A DNA stretch of 24,941 bases, from NCBI GenBank assembly GCA_963843795.1, contig CAWJLW010000009.1, positions 62,001-86,941 on the forward strand, read 5' to 3'. Position numbers and translations under genes: made by a program. Position 1 is the first letter of the stretch. Each line of letters opens with the position of its first letter. The DNA comes from an uncultured bacterium. Lineage in GTDB: Bacteria; Armatimonadota; Abditibacteriia; Abditibacteriales; Abditibacteriaceae. Positions 17,603 to 24,941 of the stretch are shown in pieces. The notes beneath the pieces were generated by a model. That model was not told the origin of the DNA. It was given only the letters and a program-made list of their open reading frames with translations, and searched no databases.

Positions 17603-20600
17603 ATGAAGAAGTGGCAGGGTATTTTTCTTTTGCTGTCGGCAGTCATTTTGTCATTGAGCCGTTCTGTCGAGGCGCAATCACCGGCGACTACGGTTTCGAT
17701 TACGTCACCCAAAGCGGGCGCGACGGTCGTCCAAAGTACTTTGGCGCTCCCGTTTGGAAGCGCCGCGTCATCGAGTGGTGTGCGCGATGTCGTGCTACTT
17801 TTGCAGCGCAACACCGGAACAGGAATTTTGTGTTGGGATGGACACCTGTGGAGCAACACAACCGCGGTTGTGAGCGCTGATTACAATGCTCTAAGCCATT
17901 CGTGGCAATGGCCGATGGACGTGGCTTTGCCTTCTGGCAAGAGCCTGGCGCAAGGCCGTTACCGCTTACAGGCTGTGGCGCGTGCTGCTAACCATAGCAT
18001 AATCGGTCGAACCACCAGCGATTTCGCGGTGCAGCCCGCTGCGGGCCTCACCAAGAGAGATGCGCCGTCCAACGATAATGTCAGCCGTGCCATAAGAATT
18101 GAAGGGGAATCGGGCACGACAACGGGCACCAATGTGGGCGCGACCGGCTCTCCCACCAACCCAAACCTGAATGACGTGTGGTGGCGGTGGCACGATGACT
18201 ACGCCGATGGGCAAGTGACCTTCGACACCACCGGTTCGACTTTCGACACCTACCTTCAAGTTTTCGAGGAAACAGTCGACTACTCGACAGCGCCACCGAC
18301 CGCGACGCTGATGCCTATGGGTTCGGACGACAACGGCGGCGGCGGAACCGCCTCACAGGTCACGTTCAGTGGCAAGTTCGGCAGCGAATATGTGATCGCG
18401 GTCAGCGGCATGAACGGCCAAAGCGGGGACATCACATTGAACTGGGCACGCGGGCAAGTTGTCACACCGACCGCCCCCGCCAACGATAACATCGCCAACG
18501 CCATTCCTATCAGCGGCGTGAGCGGAAGCGTGACTGGGACGAGTGTGGGAGCCACGGGCGATTGGCCCGATTCAAATAACCCCGCAGCCAACGTGTGGTG
18601 GGTGTGGACATCGCCGGGCAACGGCACAGTTTCCTTCAATGCTACCGGATCAAACTTTGCGACCTACATTAACGCTTACTCCTCGACTAAGGCGCTTATT
18701 ACGGCGCGCGCTGGGAGCATCAGCTTTATGGTGGCTGCGGGTCAGAGATACTTTATCTCGGTGAGCGGTGTGGCCGCCGCTGTCGGCGACATCACACTGA
18801 ACTGGAACACGAGCGCCGCGTCGGCCCCTGCCAACGATTTGCCATCGCGTGCCACCACCATCTCCGGGGCAGCGGGCACGATCGCGGGCACCACGGTCGG
18901 CGCGAACGGCGAAGGGATTGATAATGCGAAACTGGGCGGCCCCAACGTGTGGTATGCGTGGACAGCACCGGGCAACGGCGCCGTGACATTTGATACTAAA
19001 GGCTCCGGCTTCGACACCTTCTTGCGCGTGTTTGCACAGCGCATGGACACCCCAAGTACTTTCGACTTTGTTGGGCAGGACGACGATAGTGGCGGCGCTG
19101 CCGCCGCGCTGCTCAAGTTCAACGCAGTGTTGGGCAAGCGCTACCTGATTTCGGTAGGCAGCCGGTACTCGGAGAGCGGGGCGATCAAGCTCAACTGGAC
19201 TTCCAGCCTTTTGTCTGGCCCAACCAACGATCTACCCCAAAACGCCACGGCGATCAGCGGCCTATCAGGATCAGTTGCAGGCACTAATGTCGGCGCTCAT
19301 GGCGAAGGGCCTACTGGAACCGCGACCGACATGTCAAACGTATGGTGGAAGTGGACGCCGCCGCGCCCTGGCGCCGCGACCTTCGACACCAAAGGCTCGG
19401 CCATCGACACCGTCTTACGTATCTACCGTATTGCTCCCACGACGGGCACTCAAGTCCAAATACTTAACGTCGGCGAGGACGATAACGGAGGCGGTGGAAC
19501 GGCTTCGCAGCTGATATTCGACGCCACTCCCGGTACAAGTGCGGGCAGCTACTACCTGATCTCGGTGGCCAGTAAAACCAGCGCGACCGGAGCTATCAGA
19601 TTGAACTGGAGTTTGGGCGCCCCCGCCGATGTCACGGGCTTCGTGCGTGACAAAGCAGGCAGGGGCATGGCCGATGTCCTTATGTTCTTGGTCTCGGGCG
19701 ACTCAATTGACCCCATTTTGTTTGATCAGGTACCGGGCGGTCCAATACAAGTTACTCATACAACCGCGAATGGTTCTTATGGATTTAGCGGCCTCAAGCC
19801 CGGCAAGTACTCAGTTGTGCCAGCCAAGCCGGGTACACTTTTCTCGCCCCGCGTTCGAGTGTTCACTAAGACAACTACCAGCACGCCATTCACCACAGTG
19901 GACTTCAGCGCGCTGGGCACTGATATCCTCGGTCCGGTTCTTTCAGACACCGAGTTGGCAGCTGGCGACGAAACCGCCAACGGCATTAAGGTGCCGGGCG
20001 GAGTTGGTGGCGCAGTGATCGATGCCAGCGGCATCAGCGGTCAGCGATCTGCGGGCGTGCTTTATGTGGGTTTTTATCTACAAAAGCTCAAGGGCGACGC
20101 GGCCAGTCTGAAGCTTGCCCCAAGCCAGCGTGGCGTGTTGGGCACTTACTCCAAACGCAGCAGAGGTTTCGTCAGTACCGCTGCCAATGCGGTTCCGATG
20201 CGCGACAGCGATAAGGTTTTTCTTACCTCAGAGCACAGCGGGCATTGGAGCAGCGTGTTTGATGCTGATGTAGAAAAGGCGCTCGCTTCGCCCGGCACCT
20301 ACCGCATCGTGACCTTTGCCATTGATGCAGCCTTCAATTACAGCCTGAACTCCCGTACTTCAATGGACCCGGACGTGCCCGCAGGCGCACAGGTCACGTA
20401 CTTACATTTCGAAGAAAAGGCGGCCAATATGGTCGTTACGCGCACGCTCCCGATCTCGGCTCCCAATGGTAAATTCATCAGTTATCTGATCTCGGTCACG
20501 AACACTGGTGACTTACCCTTGCAGAATGTGAGTGTGATCCAAACGCTTAACACACAAAAGACCGTTCTGGTGGGCACCAGCATCTCGCCGCGTCCGGCTG

Positions 20601-21568
20601 TCATCAACGCTTACGGCATCATTTGGAAGTTCGCCACCATTGGCGCGCACAGTTCTCAGGTGCTTTCTTTGCAAGTCGAGGCCAAGGAAAACAACCCGTT
20701 CGGCTCGAATATCGCCGCCGGGCAGTTGGATGTCTCATCAAGTGGCGGAGTCGCTCGCTTTGCGCATGACCAGATTAATATCGAATCCAGCACTTGGCTC
20801 ATCGGTGGCGCGCTCAATGCCCTACGCGGACTGGGCGACGCCATCGGGCGCGGCTTCAACTACGTCTTCAATTCGAGCGTACGCGACCAGCGCGCCCAGG
20901 CCGACTTGAACACTATTAAAGCTGGAACGGGCGTGACGCGCGTCACCGGAGCCGATGTGTTGACCTTTGGCAACGGCGCTCTGTTGGTGGCGAGTGGCGG
21001 CGGCAACGTGCTGGCGATTGGGCCAAGTAACTTAGTAGCGAGCGGTGGCGGCAATTTAGTCGCTTCGGGTGGCGGCAACTTGGTCGCGAGCGGCGGCGGG
21101 AACTTAATTGCGATTTCGGGGATCAGAGCATCGAACATCCTGAACCAACTCATCAACAACCCCGCCAGCCTGCTGGCGTCGAACTCGCCTTTTGCACCGG
21201 CTTTACTGGGCGCAAACTTAGTGGCGAGCGGAGGGGGCAACTTGGTCGCGAGTGGTGGCGGCAACTTGGTTGCAAGCGGCGGCGGGAACCTGCTGCCGGG
21301 CAGTGTCGCGTTGTTCGTGGACAACAATAGTGGGCTGCTGGCGAAGAGCGGCCTACAGCTCCTTTCGCAGGATGGCGGCGGCCTTATCAGCACCAAGCTT
21401 ATCACGCAGGATGGTGGTGGGCTGATCTCGCAAGACGGCGGGGGAGCCATCAATTTGAATGGAACCAACCTGCTGGCGGGCAAAGGCAATAGCCTGATTA
21501 GCGACCGTGGTGGCAGCTTGGTGGCCAGCGGTGGCGGCAACCTGATTAGTCAGGACGGCGGTGGTTGA
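17603..21568 (+). CDS. Large secreted multidomain repeat protein (1321 aa)
   Basis: AAGGAG before ATG 17603; signal peptide MKKWQGIFLLLSAVILSLSRSVEA. Four ~115-130 aa PPC-like beta-sandwich repeats, an SdrD-B/carboxypeptidase-regulatory-like domain (GFVRDKAGRGMADV...NGSYGFSGLKPGKYSVVP), a DUF11-like domain (ISYLISVTNTGDLPLQNVSV) and a Gly-rich octapeptide repeat tail. Confidence 0.85.
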   Translation: MKKWQGIFLLLSAVILSLSRSVEAQSPATTVSITSPKAGATVVQSTLALPFGSAASSSGVRDVVLLLQRNTGTGILCWDGHLWSNTTAVVSADYNALSHSWQWPMDVALPSGKSLAQGRYRLQAVARAANHSIIGRTTSDFAVQPAAGLTKRDAPSNDNVSRAIRIEGESGTTTGTNVGATGSPTNPNLNDVWWRWHDDYADGQVTFDTTGSTFDTYLQVFEETVDYSTAPPTATLMPMGSDDNGGGGTASQVTFSGKFGSEYVIAVSGMNGQSGDITLNWARGQVVTPTAPANDNIANAIPISGVSGSVTGTSVGATGDWPDSNNPAANVWWVWTSPGNGTVSFNATGSNFATYINAYSSTKALITARAGSISFMVAAGQRYFISVSGVAAAVGDITLNWNTSAASAPANDLPSRATTISGAAGTIAGTTVGANGEGIDNAKLGGPNVWYAWTAPGNGAVTFDTKGSGFDTFLRVFAQRMDTPSTFDFVGQDDDSGGAAAALLKFNAVLGKRYLISVGSRYSESGAIKLNWTSSLLSGPTNDLPQNATAISGLSGSVAGTNVGAHGEGPTGTATDMSNVWWKWTPPRPGAATFDTKGSAIDTVLRIYRIAPTTGTQVQILNVGEDDNGGGGTASQLIFDATPGTSAGSYYLISVASKTSATGAIRLNWSLGAPADVTGFVRDKAGRGMADVLMFLVSGDSIDPILFDQVPGGPIQVTHTTANGSYGFSGLKPGKYSVVPAKPGTLFSPRVRVFTKTTTSTPFTTVDFSALGTDILGPVLSDTELAAGDETANGIKVPGGVGGAVIDASGISGQRSAGVLYVGFYLQKLKGDAASLKLAPSQRGVLGTYSKRSRGFVSTAANAVPMRDSDKVFLTSEHSGHWSSVFDADVEKALASPGTYRIVTFAIDAAFNYSLNSRTSMDPDVPAGAQVTYLHFEEKAANMVVTRTLPISAPNGKFISYLISVTNTGDLPLQNVSVIQTLNTQKTVLVGTSISPRPAVINAYGIIWKFATIGAHSSQVLSLQVEAKENNPFGSNIAAGQLDVSSSGGVARFAHDQINIESSTWLIGGALNALRGLGDAIGRGFNYVFNSSVRDQRAQADLNTIKAGTGVTRVTGADVLTFGNGALLVASGGGNVLAIGPSNLVASGGGNLVASGGGNLVASGGGNLIAISGIRASNILNQLINNPASLLASNSPFAPALLGANLVASGGGNLVASGGGNLVASGGGNLLPGSVALFVDNNSGLLAKSGLQLLSQDGGGLISTKLITQDGGGLISQDGGGAINLNGTNLLAGKGNSLISDRGGSLVASGGGNLISQDGGG
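18062..19609 (+). repeat. Four tandem protein domain repeats (PxND...G.NVGA...VWW.W...TFDT.GS.FDT...DD.GGG...Y.ISV...G.I.LNW)
   Basis: Units start at about 18062, 18473, 18824 and 19217. The motifs are conserved in translation; the second unit lacks the DDxGGG segment. Confidence 0.85.
20984..21565 (+). repeat. C-terminal octapeptide repeats: 8 x LVASGGGN, 4 x L(I/L)(S/T)QDGGG, 1 x LISDRGGS
   Basis: Counted in the translation. Codons differ between copies, and the last repeat runs directly into the stop codon. Confidence 0.95.
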
Positions 21569-22206
21569 AAGTGACGCCAGAATTGGTAACGCCAGAATTG
21601 GCAACGGCACGGCGAGCATCTGCTCGCCGTGCCGTTCTGCGTTGGAGAATGGAGATAGAGTGCCACTATGTCCAACAAGACTGGTGCATCTCTTTCGAGA
21701 GGGAGAGCTAAATTGGAATCAAATCACAGTGACCGTGACCTTGTATCCCAAGCTCATCCCACTTGACATACGAGGTTTTGGGTTTGATTTTGTGGAGAGA
21801 TCTGGGAAGTCTAGTCGTTCAGGCTCGAGTGAGGCCTGAGTGTGTTGTATCCGTGCCGCCCGTTTTCGATGATCTCTTGGACACTTCTCAGATCGAACAA
21901 TCATTCGGGGCTCAAACATTTCTGCTCAAAGATTTTCTGGTCGGGTAGGAGTGCCTAGACATTTATTTTGTTGATAGTTGTTAAGCGTGTTGAGGATCGT
22001 GAGAACCTCCATGAGCGACCAACAACCAATTCAAACGAGCGCTCTTGCGCTCCACGGCACATAGAGCCGCCGTGGACGGCAAACCCTTGGCACGTTGGCA
22101 TTCATACTGGTCTTTGAACGGAGAATGAACTGTCACAATAGTAAGGGCCGCAAGTACTTGCGGTAGCCATGTTGTCTTCCCATTGATACATTGAGCGCTT
22201 CCGATG

Positions 22207-22533
22207 TTCGAAGCAGGCTACGAACCACCCGAACGCTAAACCCAAGTCCAGGCACAAACCCAGGCCGAATTGGCCGCTCCAGAGCAAAGTCAGAATCCTA
22301 GCGTCTGAAGTCAGGCAGGAAAAGGTCCGTCAACTCCACCACGAGCGCTTTTACGAAGCGTATCTGGATTATCTGAGAACGGGTAGGGTAGGCCAAAAAG
22401 GCAGCCAGAGGCCTTTACGGAGTTTCAGGCCCAAGAAGCCGCAGAACGCCACAGGCTGACCAACGGCCCCTTTGCCGGACGTCCCCTGACACAGAAGGCG
22501 GTGGAAGTCTTCGATCAAGGAACTAGCAGGGTG
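22207..22533 (+). pseudogene. Degenerate remnant of a paralogous rep 3' end
   Basis: FEAGYEPPER*TQ...KVRQLHHERFYEAYLDYL...QPEAFTEFQAQEAAERHRLTNGPFAGRPLTQKAVEVFDQ aligns by eye with Rep IEESYGPPKGYTQ...KARQSHQNRYYGVYLDYV...QPEAFMEFQRSETEERRKLTSGPFAGRPLSQKALEVFDQ (about 8525-8854). In-frame TAA at 22237 and frameshifts. Confidence 0.85.
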
Positions 22534-22601
22534 GGTAGCAGGTGCGCTGCACGTCGGGAACAAAGCGCAGTTGGGATAGGCAGGGACTGGATGCGCTGAT
22601 C

Positions 22602-23441
22602 CTAAAAGGCCTGACTAGAGTAAAAAGACGTGTTGGCTTGGACCAGGTTCAGCTCCTTGATCCAGGTGTTGCGGTAACGCACATCATGGCCCTCAGCCTG
22701 GAGCTTGAGTCCCTGTGGGGTGTCGGTGATGCCCTTGCCGCCATCGTTGCCACCATCGACACCAGAATTGGCTCCGCCCCACACTTGACTGATCGCCACA
22801 TTGTTGTGCACCCTCTGGCCGTTGAAGTACATCGTCACCAGAGCTTTCTCGATTCTCTTGTTGTCTTTGAAGCGCGCTGCACGGAACACGATGTCATACG
22901 CGTTCCAGTGACCCAGACCGCGGTAGGCGTGATAGGGAGATTCACTCTCGTTGATCACTGCACCCATGCCGTGCGAGGTCTTGTCACCATCTTGAATTTG
23001 GATTTCGTAGCGGTTCTGCAGATAAACCCCGCTGTTGCCGCCGGGGCTGGTGACCAAGAACTCGATGTGCAAGCGGAAGTCTCGATACGCTTTCTGGGTG
23101 ACGATATCGGCCGCGCCATACTTTCCTCCGGCAGCAGCGGGATCATCGGTCATGACAACCGTGCCTGTATCGATAGGGTCATTCACGATCTTCCACTTGA
23201 TGGGGAGAGACGACGCAAAGCGCGGCCCCTGCCAGTAAGTCCATTTTTCGTCCAGCATCTGGCGCGATCCATCGATGAGAATCTCGGCTCCGGCAATGGG
23301 CTTGGCGCCGACACCGATAGCCGCAGTGGCCGCGACTCGGGCCGGTTCGGCAGCTTCAGCGCCTCTCACCAGACGTGTGGCAACGGTTGTCGTACTGACC
23401 AGCAATAAAAAGGCGCAGGAAAATTGATGAGCTGTTATCAT
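22602..23441 (-). CDS. DUF1080-like (3-keto-disaccharide hydrolase family) secreted protein
   Basis: DIVTQKAYRDFRLHIEF, GGNSGVYLQNRYEIQIQD, WNAYDIVFRA, FNGQRVH, LKLQAEGHDVRYRNTWIKEL. Hydrophobic N-terminus; start uncertain (23441 or 23465). Confidence 0.85.
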   Translation of the reverse strand: MITAHQFSCAFLLLVSTTTVATRLVRGAEAAEPARVAATAAIGVGAKPIAGAEILIDGSRQMLDEKWTYWQGPRFASSLPIKWKIVNDPIDTGTVVMTDDPAAAGGKYGAADIVTQKAYRDFRLHIEFLVTSPGGNSGVYLQNRYEIQIQDGDKTSHGMGAVINESESPYHAYRGLGHWNAYDIVFRAARFKDNKRIEKALVTMYFNGQRVHNNVAISQVWGGANSGVDGGNDGGKGITDTPQGLKLQAEGHDVRYRNTWIKELNLVQANTSFYSSQAF

Positions 23442-23861
23442 GGTGAATTGGAAAGTACTCACCATCACTGGTTGCGAAATGATATAGCGAAACCGACTGC
23501 TGCCCTCTCTAGGGCGTGATTGCATCAGATCAAACACGGCCGGCGGAAACCCCCTAAAATACTTGCTGTCACAAACAACAAACAAAACATTGCATCGTGA
23601 AGAAGGGGAAGGGGCTGGAAGCCGTTTTGTGAAGATATGCAACACCGGGTTAATGGGATGATGGGATTACTGGCAATGACGAACAAAACTTATAATAGCG
23701 TAGCCATTGCCGTCATCCATGAGGCGGCAGCTCATCTTCACGAGATCAAGTCTTCACGAGATCAGGCAAAGCGGCTGCATGCCATAATTTCCTCGGTCGG
23801 CTTCTTTGTCAGGGACGTAGGTTAAGTAGAGATCAATGTTTTGTTTGGGAGTATTTGCTAA

Positions 23862-24920
23862 ATGACATATCAATTTCGACAGAAGATTGCACAGTCCGGG
23901 ACGCTGCTAACCCTTGGCATCCTGTCCCTTGGCATTGTGCTGCCCGGTTGCAGCCCGCAGACGCGTCAGAACAAGGGTGGCTCAACGGCTAATGCTGGCG
24001 GGAGCACAAGCGGCAGTGGGGGCGGCGCAACGCAAAAGAAGTCGTTTTTGATCGGCATGTCCCAAGCGAATAAGGGAGAGCCGTGGCGCCAGGCGATGAA
24101 CGACCAAATTGTTGCCGCTGCCACCAAACATCCCGAGATCAAGGTCGTCTTCGCCGACGCCGCGCAGAACAACACCAAGCAGATCGCCGATGTCGAGAAC
24201 TTTTTGCAGCAGGGTGTGGACTTGCTCATCATTTCGCCCAACGAAGCGGCACCGCTCACCGATGTTGTAGCCAAAGCTTTCGATAAAAATGTCCCGGTGA
24301 TCCTGCTCGACCGGAAAGTACTCGGCCACAAATACACCATGCATATCGGCGCCGATAATGTGGAGATTGGAAGACGAGCCGGAGAGTATGCCGCCAACTG
24401 GTGCAATTCCAATGGCAACAATTCTTGTAATGTGATCGAGATTCGCGGCTTGGAGGGCACTTCGGGAACTAAAGAGCGTGGCGACGGTTTCCGCAAAGGC
24501 ATCGCGTCCAATCCTAAAGTGAAGATCGTCGCCAGTCAGAACGCGGACTGGCTGCGAGAAAAGGCGATTCCTGTCTCGCAGGCGATGTTCTCCGCCCATC
24601 CCAATGCCAATATCGTTTATGCGCAGAACGATCCGATGGGCGAGGCAGCCATCATCTCGGCTCAAAACGCTGGTCTCGACCGCAGCAAAATTCTTTTCAT
24701 TGGCGTCGACGGCTTGCCAACCCCGGACGGTGGCCTAAGGTCGGTAGCTAATGGACGATTGGGCGTGACCTACGTTTATCCCACTGGCGGCGGTGAAGCC
24801 ATCGAGTGGGCCGCGAAGATATTGGAACAGAAAGTGAAGCCGCCTCACTCACTGGTACTCAAAACTGAGGAAGTGACCAAAACCAACGCGCTGCAGGTCT
24901 TCCAAAGATATAGCGGTTGA
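23862..24920 (+). CDS. Sugar ABC transporter substrate-binding lipoprotein (RbsB-like periplasmic binding protein)
   Basis: Lipobox LPGC after a hydrophobic stretch; IGMSQANKGEPWR, QIADVENFLQQGVDLLIISPNE, PVILLDRKV, IGADNVEIGRRAG, YAQNDPMG, IGVDG. Confidence 0.92.
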   Translation: MTYQFRQKIAQSGTLLTLGILSLGIVLPGCSPQTRQNKGGSTANAGGSTSGSGGGATQKKSFLIGMSQANKGEPWRQAMNDQIVAAATKHPEIKVVFADAAQNNTKQIADVENFLQQGVDLLIISPNEAAPLTDVVAKAFDKNVPVILLDRKVLGHKYTMHIGADNVEIGRRAGEYAANWCNSNGNNSCNVIEIRGLEGTSGTKERGDGFRKGIASNPKVKIVASQNADWLREKAIPVSQAMFSAHPNANIVYAQNDPMGEAAIISAQNAGLDRSKILFIGVDGLPTPDGGLRSVANGRLGVTYVYPTGGGEAIEWAAKILEQKVKPPHSLVLKTEEVTKTNALQVFQRYSG

Positions 24921-24941
24921 AAATAGAACGAGCTGCGGGGC

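Larger units (their letters stand above)
1414..22161. repeat. Dispersed 12-bp palindrome GCAAGTACTTGC, 10 perfect copies
   Basis: Perfect copies start at 1414, 2107, 6575, 9268, 10703, 11777, 14130, 15280, 17416 and 22150. Near copies at about 2986, 4628, 4642, 17551, 17731, 19053 and 19803. Confidence 0.95.

Noticed and set aside
20984..21565. RTX calcium-binding nonapeptide repeats / type I secretion substrate
   Set aside because: The period is 8 rather than 9, the GGxGxDxLx consensus is absent, and the protein has a Sec-type signal peptide.
14185..21568. Classical bacterial NLR amyloid-signalling pair (matching amyloid motifs on NLR N-terminus and effector C-terminus)
   Set aside because: The STAND protein starts with a DNA-binding HTH/BTAD and has no copy of the GGGN repeat. 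The repeat protein has a signal peptide, so the two would be in different compartments. Kept only as a transcriptional-link hypothesis.
21780..21930. Possible further IS remnant
   Set aside because: The translation (VQARVRPECVVSVPPVFDDLL) only vaguely recalls IS-associated shadow ORFs. No TIRs or transposase motifs could be supported.

Overview
Bacterial accessory DNA that looks like the origin region of a plasmid or secondary replicon. From left to right it contains: (1) a decaying metabolic operon: frameshifted phosphoketolase, class I fructose-bisphosphate aldolase, histidine phosphatase, and an N-type ATP synthase operon collapsed to an atpD'/'atpA chimera plus atpG; (2) a replication/partition module: ParA plus a small RHH-like partner, a 16-bp tandem array with related copies on both sides of the par operon, seven iteron-like repeats and a divergent large putative Rep; (3) cargo genes: GH5 endoglucanase, aldo/keto reductase, quinone oxidoreductase and an internally deleted IS3 element; (4) a SARP/BTAD-STAND ATPase-TPR regulator followed by a promoter with an 11-bp direct repeat and a 1321-aa secreted protein ending in LVASGGGN/LISQDGGG octapeptide repeats; (5) a degenerate second copy of the rep 3' end, a DUF1080-like gene and a sugar ABC binding lipoprotein. 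The strongest unexplained signal is the 12-bp palindrome GCAAGTACTTGC. It occurs in 10 perfect copies in 25 kb, inside genes, upstream of genes and at the centre of 42-52 bp palindromes, like a HIP1- or uptake-sequence-type signature. All family assignments come from motifs recognised by eye; no searches were run and the host taxon cannot be fixed from this window.
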